From Lama guanicoe (Eukaryota), in contig MU053559.1 in assembly GCA_013239625.1 (NCBI GenBank), forward strand, positions 248,001-312,000: a stretch of 64,000 bases of DNA, read 5' to 3'. Of this stretch, positions 61,230 through 64,000 are shown one piece after another; within the stretch, counting starts at the first letter, position 1, and each line of letters begins with the position of its first letter. A program made the position numbers and the translations under genes. The notes beneath the pieces are model-generated. The model saw nothing but the letters and a program-made list of their open reading frames with translations, ran no database searches and was not told where the DNA came from.

Positions 61230-63230
61230 TACCTTCAAAACACATACAATATACAAAAGATAAATAGCCTATATATGTAAAATATTGACTTTATATATAT
61301 AAATCAAATATATATTATAGATATAATCAAAACAAGGAAAAGACAAGCAACCCAATAGAAAAGGAAGCAACAGATACGGAAAAACACTTTACAAAAGAGA
61401 AAACCCAAATGGCCAATAACCTATGAACGTATGCTCACAGAAAATCAGGGAACTGTGTCTTAAAACAACAAAATACTATTTCATATCAATCAAGTGGGCA
61501 AAAATTAAAAAATCAGAGAATACCAGATGTTGCTAAGGATTTCTAGGAACAATGTGTCTCATTGGCAGCTGATGGGGATGTCAGGGGTTACAGCAATCTG
61601 GGAAAGCTGTTTGGCAGCATCTACTAGAGCTGCATATATGCACACCCATCACCCTGTGATGCCACCTCTAGATACATAACCTAACCGAAATGTCTACAAA
61701 TGTTAACCAAAGACGTGTACAAGAATGTTTACAGCAGCTTTATTCATAATAACCCTGCACTGAAACTTACCCAGGTGCACACGAACCAAAGAACAGATCG
61801 ATAAATAATGGTGTATTCACCCAACTAAATGCTATAGAGCAATGTTTTGGAGACAAATGTCCACAGATTTCATGTGTTTCTGTGTGGTCCAGGCCTTCTG
61901 AGCAAAGGGCATGTCTGAGCATCAGTTTTGGAAATCAGAGCTAGTGTATCTCTTTGGAGAGATTTGGAAACAATTCAGGATAATAAATCTAGAAATGTCC
62001 CTCCCATCTCCAATGGGGAGATGGTTTCCAGGGTAATGAGTAACCTCTGTCTATGGAGGGAGTACAGCTTGATGTGTCAGCAGCTTCCAAGCACGCACTC
62101 CACCACTGGGCTATAATCCCCACCCCTTAATTGCTGCTCTTTGCTGTGAGTAATAAATGGTCGATTTTCCTGACACATGGACCTGCGTTTTGTGTGTATA
62201 AAACTGGGGCAGGCTATCTTGTTAGCTCAAGAGTGGCGTAAAACTTCAGAGCCGTCACAGTTCCGACTTAACACCAGGAAAATGGATGACTGTGATTCCG
62301 TATGTGCAACATGGCTGGATCTCATGATGGGCAAAAGAAGCTGCTAGACATTAAGAAATGCATAGAATATGATTCTCTTTATACAATGTTCAAAAATCAG
62401 GCTAAATTAAACATTGCTGTTCAGGATAGTGGTTTCTATGGGAGGGTGAGTAGTCACTGAAAGCAGGTACAAGAGTGGTACCTGAGATGAGGTGCTGGTC
62501 ATGTTGTTTTTCAGTCCCGTTGCCAGTAACATGTATACTCAGTTGGCAAACATTAAGCAGATTGCACCCATGTAACACATGCACTGTCCTGTGTGTATAT
62601 TTTACCTCACTAAAGAGTTAAGTAAGAACTAGAATTACATGTATCAACATGGATAATTCTCAGACCTACAGTGTTGAGATAGAAGAAAGTTGAAGACTGC
62701 CACATAGAGTAAGATATTTGTTTTAAATAAGGTTAAAAAAAAAACATGCCAACAAAGCTATATTCCTTTGATAACTATGTAAATTAAAAAAGCTAAAGCT
62801 CTAATCTGTTCTTAGAAACAATGATCAGTACACACGTGTAAACTAGAAAATATGTGCAGTATATTGTATATATGTATTTACATGCAGTATAATGTATATG
62901 TGCAATCAAACTAATAATTCAACTTAATAAAACTGGAAAAAAATGCCAACAATATATTCAGTGTATGGATCCCTAATCACATAATAAAAGAATAAAGATA
63001 TGCAGGGAAATGATCAATAATAAATTCAGGATTGCAGTTACCTCCAAGGAGGGAGGGAGAAGGATGAAATTAGGTGGAGGAACCGACCTAGTAGGTTTCA
63101 GCTGGAGCTGAAGTATTGTGTTTCTTAAAGACAAAAAAGAATGGGGGGCAAATGACAACATGTTGAGTGTTCATAGATGTTCATTATATTATTTTCTTCT
63201 GCAGATTATTGTGTACTTGAAATATTTTAT
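61230..63230 (+). mobile_element. Old L1M ORF2/3' fragments, interrupted by an LTR-like segment at about 61845-62270
   Basis: 'aagacaagcaacccaatagaaaa...ccaaatggccaataa...gtacaagaatgtttacagcagctttattcataat'; A-rich sense-strand composition. Confidence 0.6.
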
Positions 63231-63246
63231 AATTTAGAAGAGATAA

Positions 63247-63431
63247 GGGTGGGTATCACTCAGTAGTAGAATGCATGCTTAGCATGTGTAAGGTCCTGGG
63301 TTCAATCCCCAGTACCTCCATTTAAATAATAATAATTATTATTATGATTATTATATGATTCTCTTTATACAATGTTCAAAAATCAGGCTAAATTAAACCA
63401 TGCTGTTCAGGATGGTGGTTTCCAAGGGAAA

Positions 63432-63479
<48 letters not shown>

Positions 63480-63480
63480 T
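63247..63480 (+). mobile_element. tRNA-derived SINE (Vic-1-like) with a (TAA)/(TTA)n tail
   Basis: 'gggtgggtatcactcagtagtagaatgcatgcttagcatgtgtaaggtcctgggttcaatccccagtacc' followed by a microsatellite; (TTA)n at 63432-63480. Confidence 0.75.
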
Positions 63481-64000
63481 AGGAGATGAAAAAGAATCCT
63501 ATTAAATTGAATTTAGGGAATACTTTGGGGGCAGATTTATCCAATGTTGATTCTTCATGCCTGGAGCATGATATCTCTCCCTACTTACTCAGGTGACATT
63601 TTTTTTCTGTAAAAATGTGTAGAACTCATACTATTTTTTTGCTCAACATATTCCCAGGAAGTTCTGAATTTTGTTGTCATGATGTCAATCTCTTTTTCTA
63701 GTATGTTTTCTAATTTTAGGTGTCTGTAAAGGAAGGCTATTCAATTTCATGTTAGGTCTTGTTTCTGATCACCTTGTTCACTTCCCTTACTAGGTCTAAG
63801 AGTTTTTTAGATAATTCTCTTGGATTCTCTAAATAATGTCTATGAGCTTCAGCCAGAGACCACCAGGAACTCACCAGTGGTTAAACAAAGTTGAGTTTAT
63901 TAGCTTATTGCACTGATGGAGAATGGAGAGCCATCATGGAGAACCATAGGGCATCTCAGTTAAGTTATTAGAAAAGACATTACGGGATTTGGGTTTGTGT

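Overview
This window is mammalian genomic DNA syntenic with human Xp11.23; tRNA-derived Vic-1-like SINEs suggest a camelid. Gene order: 3' end of KCND1 (+), OTUD5 (+), PIM2 (+), SLC35A2 (+), PQBP1 (-), TIMM17B (+), then repeat-rich intergenic DNA with a 28-N gap. All exon boundaries were read by eye at GT/AG sites and give intact frames. The main anomaly is at 51601-52224: a 624-bp intronless copy of TIMM17B (about 305 bp of promoter/5'UTR plus coding exons 1-4 precisely spliced) lies head-to-tail directly in front of the native gene. It creates a perfect 331-bp duplication of the PQBP1/TIMM17B bidirectional promoter and has no poly(A) tail, no 3' exons and no TSD. This looks like RNA-templated rewriting of a gene at its own locus, geometrically equivalent to single-crossover integration of a circular cDNA. 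An assembly artefact must be excluded with raw reads.
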